Below the pieces are notes generated by a model. That model did no database searches. It saw only the letters and a program-made list of their open reading frames with translations, and had not been told where the DNA came from. A stretch of 64,000 bases of DNA. Source: Raillietiella orientalis (lineage: Eukaryota). Below, one piece after another: positions 50,870 through 60,829 of the stretch; the stretch's first letter is position 1, and the number at the start of each line of letters is the position of its first letter. The translations under genes and the position numbers were made by a program. Location of the stretch: the NCBI GenBank assembly GCA_036172245.1, contig JAYWIR010000030.1, forward strand, positions 1,612,001 through 1,676,000, in the 5' to 3' direction.

Positions 50870-51345
50870 AGGATCGCCGGACCATATCTTTCTCGAAGAA
50901 CACCTGCAAGGAGGAGAGGCAAAGTGCTGTCCGCGCTTTCTGAGCATCACAGGCTGGAGTTTGAGCTGCTTGAGCCCGGCAAGGGGCCTCCAATGAACGT
51001 TTGGAAGATGCTGAGGACTAGATTAGCCATCCAGAGATGGAGGCGCACCTTCTCCAGTACCTCCTCCAGTACCTCCTGCACAGCAGGCTTCGCCATTCGG
51101 GAGCACGTGGACTGGAGTGACCTGAAGAGATCGGTCCGTTCGGCTGTCGTTTCCCCTTGCACTTGCTTCCGTGCGGCTTTGGAGAAGGCGTGGCCAGCAT
51201 CAGAGCGTTTCTGCAAGCCCGAACTTTCTCCAGAACGCGCGGGTGTCCGGCGCCTCGCCGAGTACGAGGCAATGTCCGAGCGCCAGATCCGGCAGCCTGG
51301 AGCGGCTTGCCTGCTCGATGACCATGACAAGGAATGTTCGGCCTC
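50870..51345 (+). pseudogene. Tx1-like ORF2 fragment: end of APE endonuclease and linker
   Basis: PDHIFL (similar to RLDRIF), LSEHHRLEFEL...GPPMNVWKM (similar to SDH...G.WK.N), WSDLKRSVR and LAEYE...DKECSA (similar to EK.S). Confidence 0.65.
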
Positions 51346-53280
51346 GGCCGAAGTTTGTCACCCAGATTTGCCGGGGCATTTATTATTAAAAAAATTTTAT
51401 AATAAAGTATGGATTTTTACGATATCGTGGTGGAGCACTTGGTTCTACCACGCGCGGAGGACTTGTTATAAACCAGTGCACAGATCGGTGAGGTCCTCTC
51501 CAGCGGCGAAGAGAAGGGGAAAACAAAATAGAAATAAACAGATAATCAAAAACAGTGTAGGGTAATGTTTCTTGGGGAGGGGAGGGCGGGGAAGGGATCA
51601 CTGGTAGCCCGGAATAGTTTTCTACATCCTATTTCGGATGCTGACAAGCTCTGTTTTTATTGTTCTTAGTTGGGGCCATCGAGAGGCGGTCTCAAGATTG
51701 AAGATTTCCATCCATTGGATGGCACCCCTGCTGTTTTGACCTCTTCTCTTCGCGGTCCACCTTGCCACGATTCCGCGTACGCAGCAGAGAACTGCCGGAA
51801 ACGCGGTAAGGGAAAGGGCGTCACGCATGAAGAGGCACCGGAAAATGTTTTTAGGGTCGCCTCCTAGCATTTTGAGGATCAACGAAAGTCTATCCCAAAG
51901 TGCACGGAGAGCGACATACTCTATTATGAGATGCGGGAAGGTTTCCCTTCCGCCGCATTCCACACAATGAGCATCCACACCCCCAAGTGTCCAGTGGGAT
52001 AGGAGTGCTCTGCATGGGATTCCCCAATGCGACAACTGCAGCGCCGTCTCTTGCCACTTCAGGGGGAGGGTGCCACGATCCCAACACGCTGGGGACCACT
52101 TCACTTCCTCCGGTTGTCTTCCGAGCAGCTCGACCCAGTGCGCAAGTCCTTTAGGCGGGACGCTCTGGGTCACAGAGTCCGCTAGCTGCCTAGTTTTCCA
52201 CACCTTCAAAAGTTTTTTCCTGATTCCGATGAGGCAAGACACTTCCCACAGTGCCGGTTCGGTGCTCTCCCTAGCGTTCCTGAGGAAGGGAAGCACTAGG
52301 GCAAGGGAGGTAAACGAAGCCCACAGCAGTTTGCGTGGTTTGGTCACGATCTCCCTAAAGGGCTATCGAGCGTACCTGGGAGAACCTGGGAGTTCCGTTG
52401 GGGGACTTCTACGCAGAGGCAGCCTGGTCTGGTTGCCTTTAAAAGGCACAATCGTCACTCATTTCGTTCCTAAATGACAGTTTCTCTTGCCGGAACGAAC
52501 TGTCCTCTGAAACAGCTCCCCTCATCCGACTCCACTTTTTGTTTTCCCCCTTCCGGAGATGTGAAAGAGCAGACCGAGGATCTTCTGAGAAAGGCCTTTT
52601 GGGGAACGCAGAGGTCCCAGGTCCAATTGAAAGACTTGCGCTCTCCGTGTCACGACTTCAGACTCGAAGTTCTGACGCTGGAGAGGAGGGACCATCAGCT
52701 CCAGTGTTGAAGATTAGCCCTAGCGGTGAAGTAATGGACCATCCATTGGTGCATACCAGCCAGACTCCTGGCCAAACGAGTAGCCGGTACCGAGAGACTC
52801 GGTACGTTCCTCGTGAATACCACCAAGTGTGGGCCCCGATGCGGGTACCGACTCTGGAAAATGGTTGCCTTGGTCCAGGAGCTAGTGGATTTCCTACCGC
52901 CCAGCCAGCATTGGTGCCTGCAACAGAAAACGTTCAGGCGTGTGCGGAAAGAAACAACACGATCCTGGAGCCATCGCGATGCTTCTAATTCACGAACTAC
53001 GCTCACTGATCGTTGCAGGAAGTCATGGACTGCCCAAAGAAGACCATCTGAGCGCGAAATACCCCACCTATAGCTAATCTCAAGACGATACAACGAAGTG
53101 GACCTGGCGATGGCCTTGCGAGATGGACAGTATCCTGAAATATCGCGGGAAAAAAGAAGCAGCTGGAGTGCTGGACGGCAACGTCGCCATATTAGAATGA
53201 GGAAGCGTCTGACGCATGCACACTCGCTGCCCTTCCCGAAGGAATTCTTTACCGGGAGGAGCTTCTGGGCATTCCTCCTG
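51345..53280 (-). mobile_element. 5'-truncated Tx1-like LINE (RT thumb, zf-RVT, 3' UTR) nested antisense in another copy
   Basis: ORF 51622-52347 has LPLKWQETALQLSHWGIP...CVECGGRETFPHLII. Upstream is KAIARSTSLYRLEISYRWGI (thumb). AATAAA is at 51379-51384 on the minus strand. Confidence 0.85.
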
Positions 53281-53289
53281 GTGAGGTAG

Positions 53290-53864
53290 AAGATTTCGCC
53301 AGTGTTTGTGGACAGCTCCACGCTTCCCCTAAAGTAGCAGGACTCGGCATTCCAGTTGCTGCAACGCACGAGTCCGCCACTGGACAAGGGGGAATTCAGC
53401 CTCAGACCGTGCCAGGTGTGGGGAACGGAAAACCTTCCTGCCCTTACTGCTTAATTACGTTGTTGCCCTCCTGAGTGTCCAGAAACGCTTCGCTGCGGCC
53501 TTCCCCCTCCCGATGGACAACGGCAGAGAGGTCTTACGGCTCCTCTTCGCGCGCGACTCGATGCTGCCCGCAGCTCCTCTTGCAGCTCCGTGCTGCTTTG
53601 TGGGATTGCGGCGGCTCAGAGAAGTCACACCCCAACATATTTTGAAACTGAACTTTCGTGTTTTTTTTTGTGTGTGTGTTTTTTTTACCCTTTCCCCCAC
53701 GTCTCCTGTGCGGACCTCGTCGAAGGAGCAGAGCCTCTGAGGCATTTCCTTTGTGATGTGAAGTCACTACGAAGAACGGCATTTTTATATTTTATGTGAC
53801 TGCATTTTTTTTCTGTAAATATTTTTTCTTTAAATAAACACCCTGGCGATGACTGAATAGAAAT
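53290..53864 (+). mobile_element. Tx1-like LINE 3' end (probably the 3' end of the element starting at ~48774)
   Basis: STLPLK*Q, LGIP, NARVRHWT, ARCGERKTFLPLLLNY and VLRLLFARDSMLPAAPLAAPCC, then a T-rich UTR and AATAAA at 53833-53838. Confidence 0.8.
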
Positions 53865-54499
53865 AAAGGATCGACGCCGAGAATGAGGGTGTGTATGGGG
53901 TTCCCAGTCTTCCCGCTAGATGACGCTGGTTGGTCTTTAGGCTTCGGGTGCAGCACTAATGGAAACCGGAGACCGGATGTCCCAGCTGACCGGCCGAGAT
54001 TAGAAGTTGATCCTTCGTCTTTCTTCCAGGAATCAAGGAGTCCCGGTTCCCTCTGGTTGTGCAAATGGAGCCGTCCGCTCTCTCGAAACTGGGGGCCCTC
54101 CATAGCGTGCCGTAGAGCTGGAGGATTGATACCGCTCCAGTGTGTCAAGAAGTGCGCTGCTTCCTTCGGGGAGCAGAAGAAAATTTGGGAGCGTCTCCTC
54201 GGCAGTAACAAGGAGCTGTTCTCTTTCGGGTTCCTTCCCGAGAAGAAACTCCAAGAGCGAATCATTTCAGGGTTTTTTCGGAGAAAAAAAGAGGAGTGGT
54301 TCCTCCGGGAGACTCCCCCAGAGAGAATCAGGAAGGGTTCCCTTCAGGGTTTCCTTCGGAGACAACCAGGGCGAGAGTCCCCATCCAAGCGTAATAGGAA
54401 TGGACTTCTTCCTATGGACACTTCTCGGACTCATATGGTAGTTTCCCCCTGACTTTGCCACTGTCCACGCCATCGGAGGGTGCGTGGACAGCGACAAAG
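53865..54499 (+). mobile_element. SINE1 copy E, body and tail (headless)
   Basis: Starts aaaggatcgacgccgaga just downstream of the B-box position. Core at 54023-54035. The tail loop is inverted at 54461-54491. Confidence 0.88.
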
Positions 54500-54719
54500 G
54501 CTCCGGTTGCCGCCAGACAAACGGTTCTCCAGTACTTTGCAAACCAAAAAAAAAGAAAAATTCGGAGCCAATGATGCCTAAAAGAGGCTGGGAGCTCCTT
54601 CGAGACTTGATGCTCCAAGGCGGAGGCCAACAGATTTACTGGATGTCGTTCGTTCCTTCAGGGACAGCTCTGGAAGATCATCGCAGCGGAAGGAGAGGAA
54701 ATGCTGAGGACTGGCTTTA

Positions 54720-56194
54720 GCTGGGCGCCGGTGTCAGTGCTGGCACTCACTGTGGAACCCTTGGGCGGATTCTGATGAAGGAGTCGAAGATCCCTCGGCA
54801 CCAAGCAGAGAACGCAGCTCTTGGAGGTGCGGTCCAGCACAGCACCCTCTCGCGAGGTGTGCTGGGCAGCAATTCTCCGAGCACCCCGGCCTTTTCCTGA
54901 GAACTAGATGGAGAGGCTTGCTAGGCCGAGGATATGGAAGGAACGTCCCTCCACTGTCTTCGCTTTCTTGTACACCCTCACTAGCGTGTACGTACACAAC
55001 TAAATATGGATTGAGTTGGCGCATTACAGAACGTTTGCAGGTGCCTCTCATCGCGGGAAGCCGAAGAGACAGAGGCGGATGCTGAGCTAGTTGCTCCAGA
55101 TGGGGGAAGGAACTCTTCCTAACGAAGCGGTGAGGGAGGAACCGGGAAGGACACGAAGAGATAAATGAGGAGGAGCAACATTCCTCGATAACTGGGAGAC
55201 ATCTCGGAAGGGAATTTGGGGGAGGACAAAAACGGATCCCGAGGAACGAACGCAGGACTCATTTTGGTCCCCCATTTCCTCCCTTCCTCCCCTTTCGTTT
55301 TGCCTCCTCGCCTCAAGGGATCGCATCACCGCAGTGGCATTCGAATTCGCGTGCGCGCGTGACGTGATACCCGCGGGGTGTTTGCCGACTTCGCTCAACG
55401 AAATGTGTTGCCCCTGAAGAACTTGTGGCTCCTCCCCATTGTGTGGACGGTCCGTTGTTCCCCCTCACCTGGAAGCAGGCCGCATGCTCCTCATCCACTG
55501 GGGATTCCAGTGTAACGAGCGACGGCACCAAGTTTCCGGAGGGGTTGCATCCCTGAACTGTTGCATTTCCGAAGATGCTTTTGCACTGCGGTGCCCTCCA
55601 AGAACTGTGGTGGAGGCACTCCAGCACCATCCGAGACGTACTGCGGCGGTTCTTCGTGACGAGAGGCCTCTCGACGGGCGCTGTCATTGCAACCATGGGT
55701 TGCATCCATGCCATCGTTGGGGTCCGATAGGTGCTACAAAGTAACCGCGCAGATAAGGGTTACCAGGATGACAGCCACCTACATCAGAACGGCTGCAAGT
55801 TGGCCTCTCCTGGAAGAGGAAGCGAAGATCACCGGCATCCATCGCCGGTTCATGGACGGTTTGGAACGGCGGACCCGGAGATCCTTGTCCTCTCCTTCCC
55901 TTAATTTTTTTTTCCTTATTCCCCGTCCCCATTTGCTCCGTAACTTTCTTGGTGCCTTTTGTTTCTATTCCGGTGAATACGGAACGAAACCAAAGATTCC
56001 TGTCCTCCCACCCACTTTGTTTGTTTTTGTTGTCCTCTTGTCCCTCCCCCTTTCCGGACTTTCCGTTTTCCCGGCCTGAGTGCCAGTGGACCTTCCCCTC
56101 TGTTTCCTGCTGTCTTTGGTTGCGATCCAGAGTGTTCTCAACTGATTTATTTTTATAAAATAAACTCCTCGGCGTGACCGGGTGAGAAACTTCG
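54720..56194 (+). mobile_element. Tx1-like LINE remnant (RT to 3' end, heavily deleted)
   Basis: LALTVEPLG (RT), IWKERP...KIW, LLIHWGFQCNERRH and LRRFFVTRGLSTGAVIATMGCIHAIV. AATAAA at 56159-56164 is followed by the family 3' motif. Confidence 0.72.
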
Positions 56195-56599
56195 TTCAGC
56201 GCGGGTGCGCTTCACTTCGCACCTTACTGAGGATCCCTTTGGAAGGGCTCCCACTCTTTTTTTTTCTCTTTAAGGGTGGAGAGGGGGGAAGGGTAGAAAG
56301 TAGTCAGTGAGGGAAGGGGATGCGACTCTGCCGTTCCTGAAGGAGAGATCTCCTTGCCCCATGAAATTCCGGGTGCCGAGGCTTTTTTCAGCTCTCTTCT
56401 TCTTCCTTCTCTGCTTCCGGTTTTCGGCGATCTATCATCCTCCGCGCAACCGCGTCCCGTGTGCTCTCCTCGCTTTCACACGCCGAGGCTGCAAGCTTCC
56501 AGCAACACGTCCCCGGGTCATCGATCACTACCTTTCTGGAATGCAGACAAATAAATACGCATGGATGAGTGGGCCGGCAGATGAAAATGATGAACGCAA

Positions 56600-58330
56600 C
56601 GAGCATAAAGAACGGATGAATGCATCCCCTCTCCCCCTCCTCCTCGAACAGGCAAACAAAGGGGCCACAGGCTGGAGAAGACGAAAAATCATTCGGGAAG
56701 GCATCCGTGAATCGCTACGTCTCCATGAAGAACGCATCTTGGGAAGATTGGCGCTCGCTGAGGGGGAGCAAGAGATCCACGGTCCCTAGGAAGCGGGAGC
56801 GCGCGCGTCGAGAGAAGGCAGAGAGAGGCCGGACCTGCGCTTCCGGTCTGAAAGAGGCGGCAGATCACGGTGGGCGTGACAGGTCCTTCGGGATACCAGC
56901 AGCGTCGAGGACGCCGTGGGCTCTGTTGGCAAAGACGGTCGGCATTCTTTGGCTAGTGCGAAGGCAACAGCAGCCACAAGTCGATGGACACCCGGACGAC
57001 TAAGCCCAGACTTGGCAGTCCTGAGCCGGGATGAGGCACTTGCTTTCCTGATTCTTAGGCGTATGGAGGGCCCAATCCAGAGTTCTGGCCTTAGCAGCCG
57101 GATGTTGGACCGACCATCGGTGTGTTCCAACACGCCCACCTCCTCAGGTGAGTGGCTGGGCTAGAAGCACCAACGACTTCTCTGTCTCGCAGACCCCTGG
57201 TGGTCACTCTGGTGATGGATCTCCTGCCGTTCCATAAACTCTGCTACTCGGAGACGATGGCTACCTGTGCGCAGGTCATGGCGACACCGAGCTTAGGCAG
57301 ATGCACTTTCGAGGACGTCGCGAAGGACCTTTGGAAGCGGGACTGCTCCTCCGCCACGTCCTTTGCTGTGGCACCACGCAAGAGTGGTGAAAGTAACCAA
57401 CAGCCAGGATGGGAGCCAATCTGGGGAATCCCAGGAAAAAGGGAATAATCCCTTGTGTGTCTGGTCGGCACATCAACCTGCCGACGCAACAGTCCCAAGT
57501 GCACACTCGACATGACTGCTCCAGCAGTAAGGTCTCTGGGAGACTCTGCTAGACGACTTAGGGATCTCTTCGGTTTCCAGGGAGTGCTCCACACTCTTAC
57601 TCAGCTGGTGGTACCTGTCTATTTTGCTGTTGAACGGAACTCTTCCCTGCAGCGCCCGCCGTTACCGCCCCACCTGGTCACGCCGAGGTGTTCATTCCTT
57701 AGAAAGAAAGAAAAAGAAGGTAAACAAAGGAGAACGGACAGCACTCCCATGAGACTGAAACAACTCCCCAAACGGTCCAAACGGTGCCCAATTCTGGAGG
57801 CAGGCGAGGGTTCGTTTCCCCTTCCCCTTACCTCGCGCCATTTGGGAAAGACTCCCCTCTGCCGAAAGCGTGCAGTCTCTGATCGAGCTCGATGGACCGG
57901 TGCGCGAAGCGCCTACTCGCCGCAGCGTAGTAGCTCCAGCCGTGCGACAGTAGCCCACTCTTTGCTGTCCCTCCGTGGCACGGAGCACTGCCAAGCGAGG
58001 ACAATGCGACAAGAGCTTCATTTCTACAATGAGCTCCTTTCTGAAGAGGATGATGAGACGGTCCCACGTGGGAGGAATGAAGGAGCATCTTTCCAGAATC
58101 CTGCACAAAGTTCTGTGAATCCGAAAGAAGGTCCACGATCCCCTTCTACACACACACACACACCTGGATTGGCAATTTTTATTTATTCCTTGTTTATTTC
58201 TTCTTCCCTTACCCCAGCCTCTGCAGAGGCCCTCTCTTGGCAGCCTGGTTTCTCAGAGGAGTCTCCTGGGCTTCCTGCATTTTTGTGCAGCATCCTTTGT
58301 TTTGCATGTTTCTTCTAATGTATTTTTTAC
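56600..58330 (+). mobile_element. Tx1-like LINE remnant, very decayed
   Basis: Frameshifted PLSP/PLLL, ESLRLHEERILGRL, FGIP...WALLAK, PIWGIPG and RRLRDLFGF occur in the expected order, followed by a pyrimidine-rich UTR-like tract. Confidence 0.45.
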
Positions 58331-60124
58331 TCTATGGGCTAACCGTTAGTATCAGCACAAATCAGCTCTGAATGCAGAAGACTCCTGCAGGCTTGCAGTT
58401 AACATCGCCAGTGGCCGCACCCTCATAATAATACGATCACAAGAATGTGAGGAATATTCCATATCTCTCTCATTTTATCGATGATTTCCCCCTACGTGTT
58501 TACTGCTCTTATCGGGATGGTACGTAAAAATGAAAATGTTCATTTCCTGCTCTCCCACCAGGAATGTCTTTCTTGTCTGTTGTGGATGAGATGAAGGCTG
58601 TAAGTGGGAGCAAGGCAAGTTGAGCAGACAGTCGTTCATGGTAATGAAAATGGGTCAGGGTTTGCGGAAGCGGAGAAAATCGGTTGGTACACAGGGGTTG
58701 AAGTTGCTGCGGGTGCCTGGGAGCATGAAGATTCGGATGTTGCTAGTACTGGTGTTAGCTGCTCAGAAGGAACGACACTTTTAATCTTCATGAGACAGAT
58801 ATCTCTAGGAAAGGACTCTATTCTCACAGTAAAAGTGGATTGTTGGTTGCCAGGAGCGGAGTAATAGTATTGGAGTAAATAGGAGATCATAGGAGTGAAT
58901 TAATTGTTAGTCTATGATGATAGGAGACCATGGCTGGTGAGAGATTTGACAGCAGACGCTAGATAGTAACTGACATGGTGTAGGGTAAGGTGGAGACACC
59001 CTGTGTGAATCAATTCAATTCTCACAAGGATATTCATCAGAATGACACAGATAGTAGTTCGCATTTCAGCCCTAAGATTCATTTTTTTTAAAAAACTAAT
59101 GATAGTGAGGAAACTGATGTTGAAAGTGACTGTGAGAAGTGGAGGAGAGGAGAAGGAAAGATGGAAGCCAATTCCGTATAAAAACTGAAACTCAAAGGGT
59201 GCTTTGTACTTCGGATCAAATTCTCATTCGAAAGCAGATGAGATACAGTGGCATGCTGGAGAGGATTTGACGATCATGGTGAAGGAGAAGATTGGGAAGA
59301 TGATGAAAATCCAGAGTGTGGAAGATGCATAATCCCTTGCGTCGCTATCCAGAATTCGGCACAACTCTTCAGCACGCGATTTCTCAATGCGATGATGGTA
59401 CAGCGTCTTCGGGATTTTGACTCTTCTCGACTGATTATTTCGATGATTTGAACGGTTCTGGCAAGTGCTTCTGTAAGCAAAGGCTTCAGAAACTGCGACT
59501 TGACCGTCGAAGGCCTCGTCGCATAGTAAAGTTCCCTCCTGATTGATCTCCAAAGGAGCGGCAACTTTTCCCAATGTAATTTTTTCCCGGATCCACATGA
59601 CTCTTATTTACTGTTTCATGAAGACGACTCATTCTCTTGAACCAGTTTCACTACATTTTTTGAGAAACGCTGTTTTTAAATGAAAATGAAGAGCGTCTTT
59701 TCGTCTTCCGCTACTCAATTGGTACACTTTTCTCTCTTGATTTCTGTTGTGGGTTAAGTGATTACCGATGACGACGTTCCCGTTATCTCTCGAGGTTTTA
59801 GAACACACATCATCTTGCCGAGGAAGCTTTTCCGAGAATCGGACAGCTTAGGGAAGCACCGTCAGCAGACACGGAGGACTCCAGTTCGGACTGTATTAAC
59901 GAGCAGCCAACACACAAGGGCTTGTCATCATCTTTGAAACACGTGAAGATAAGTTTGTGGCTGCTCAACAGAGAGCGCCAATGGGAATGATGAAAATCCT
60001 TCGGGATCTGTTTTCGCGGCTTCCTTCCAGCTGCTTTTTTTTTTTTTTTTTGATGGGGGAGGGAGAGGGGGACTTTAACAAATACCAAAGAACCCTTCGC
60101 TTCCTTAGGAGGGACTTACAGACA

Positions 60125-60829
60125 GCTCTTTAACACTGTTCACGCCACCAGAGGGTGCGTCTTCAAGTTACAAGGGGTGACTCCCGGAGAGTCCACCTTA
60201 TGAATTCACGAAGGCTCCAGAGGAAGGATATGGAGTTCTTCTTTCGCTTGGAAGGGAACCACTTCCTGATTCTCTCCGGAGGGACCACCCGGAGAGAAAC
60301 AACTTTTTGTTTCTTCTCCTGAGGGGAAGGATCAGCTCCTGAATTTCTTCTCCGGTGGGGAACCTGCAAAGGGCTCGCTCCTTTTCACTCATCTAAAGAG
60401 AACCCCGAAGGGACGCGTCCGAATTTTCTCTGAAGGGAACTCTCCCCAAAGGGAGAAGCACGCTTCTTGACATTCTGGAGTGGTATCAATCCGCCCGCTC
60501 CACAGTGCGCGATGGAGGGTCCCTCCTTTCGAGGGAGAGGACGGCTCCCTTTGCACAACCGAAGGGGAACCCTGAAGGACTCCTTGATTCCTGGAAGGGA
60601 TCCCAAGGAGTCGACTTCCGATCCCGACCAGTCGGCGGGGCCATCCTGTTTTCGGCTTCCATCAGTGCCGCTCCCGAATAGGCCTTCGTGTGGACCAGAG
60701 TCATCTTGTGGAGGGGACTCGAAGTCCACGACGCACCCATTTCTCTGGAGCTGATCCTCCACGCGGGGATTCGAACACGCAGCGCTTGGTACCAGGCGCG
60801 AAGACCGCAGGTCACACGGCCGCCAACGC
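60125..60829 (-). mobile_element. SINE1 copy F (most complete copy)
   Basis: Minus-strand head gcgttggcggccgtgtgacc, B-box gtgttcgaatccc (~60766-60778), core at 60585-60597, tail taacttgaagacgcaccctctggtggcgtgaacagtg. Confidence 0.9.

Noticed and set aside
51326..51360. Hairpin gacaa..ttcggcc-tc-ggccgaa..ttgtc as a ribozyme
   Set aside because: It has no catalytic core motifs and straddles the junction of two LINE copies.
53883..54452. Long ORFs across SINE1 copies (also 60385-60861, 24272-24616, 8289-8651) with recurring peptides such as FQESRSP / LPGIKESF / GGLIPLQ
   Set aside because: The reading frame switches between copies at indels and copy A has an in-frame stop. The similarity reflects DNA homology in GC-rich sequence, not coding constraint.
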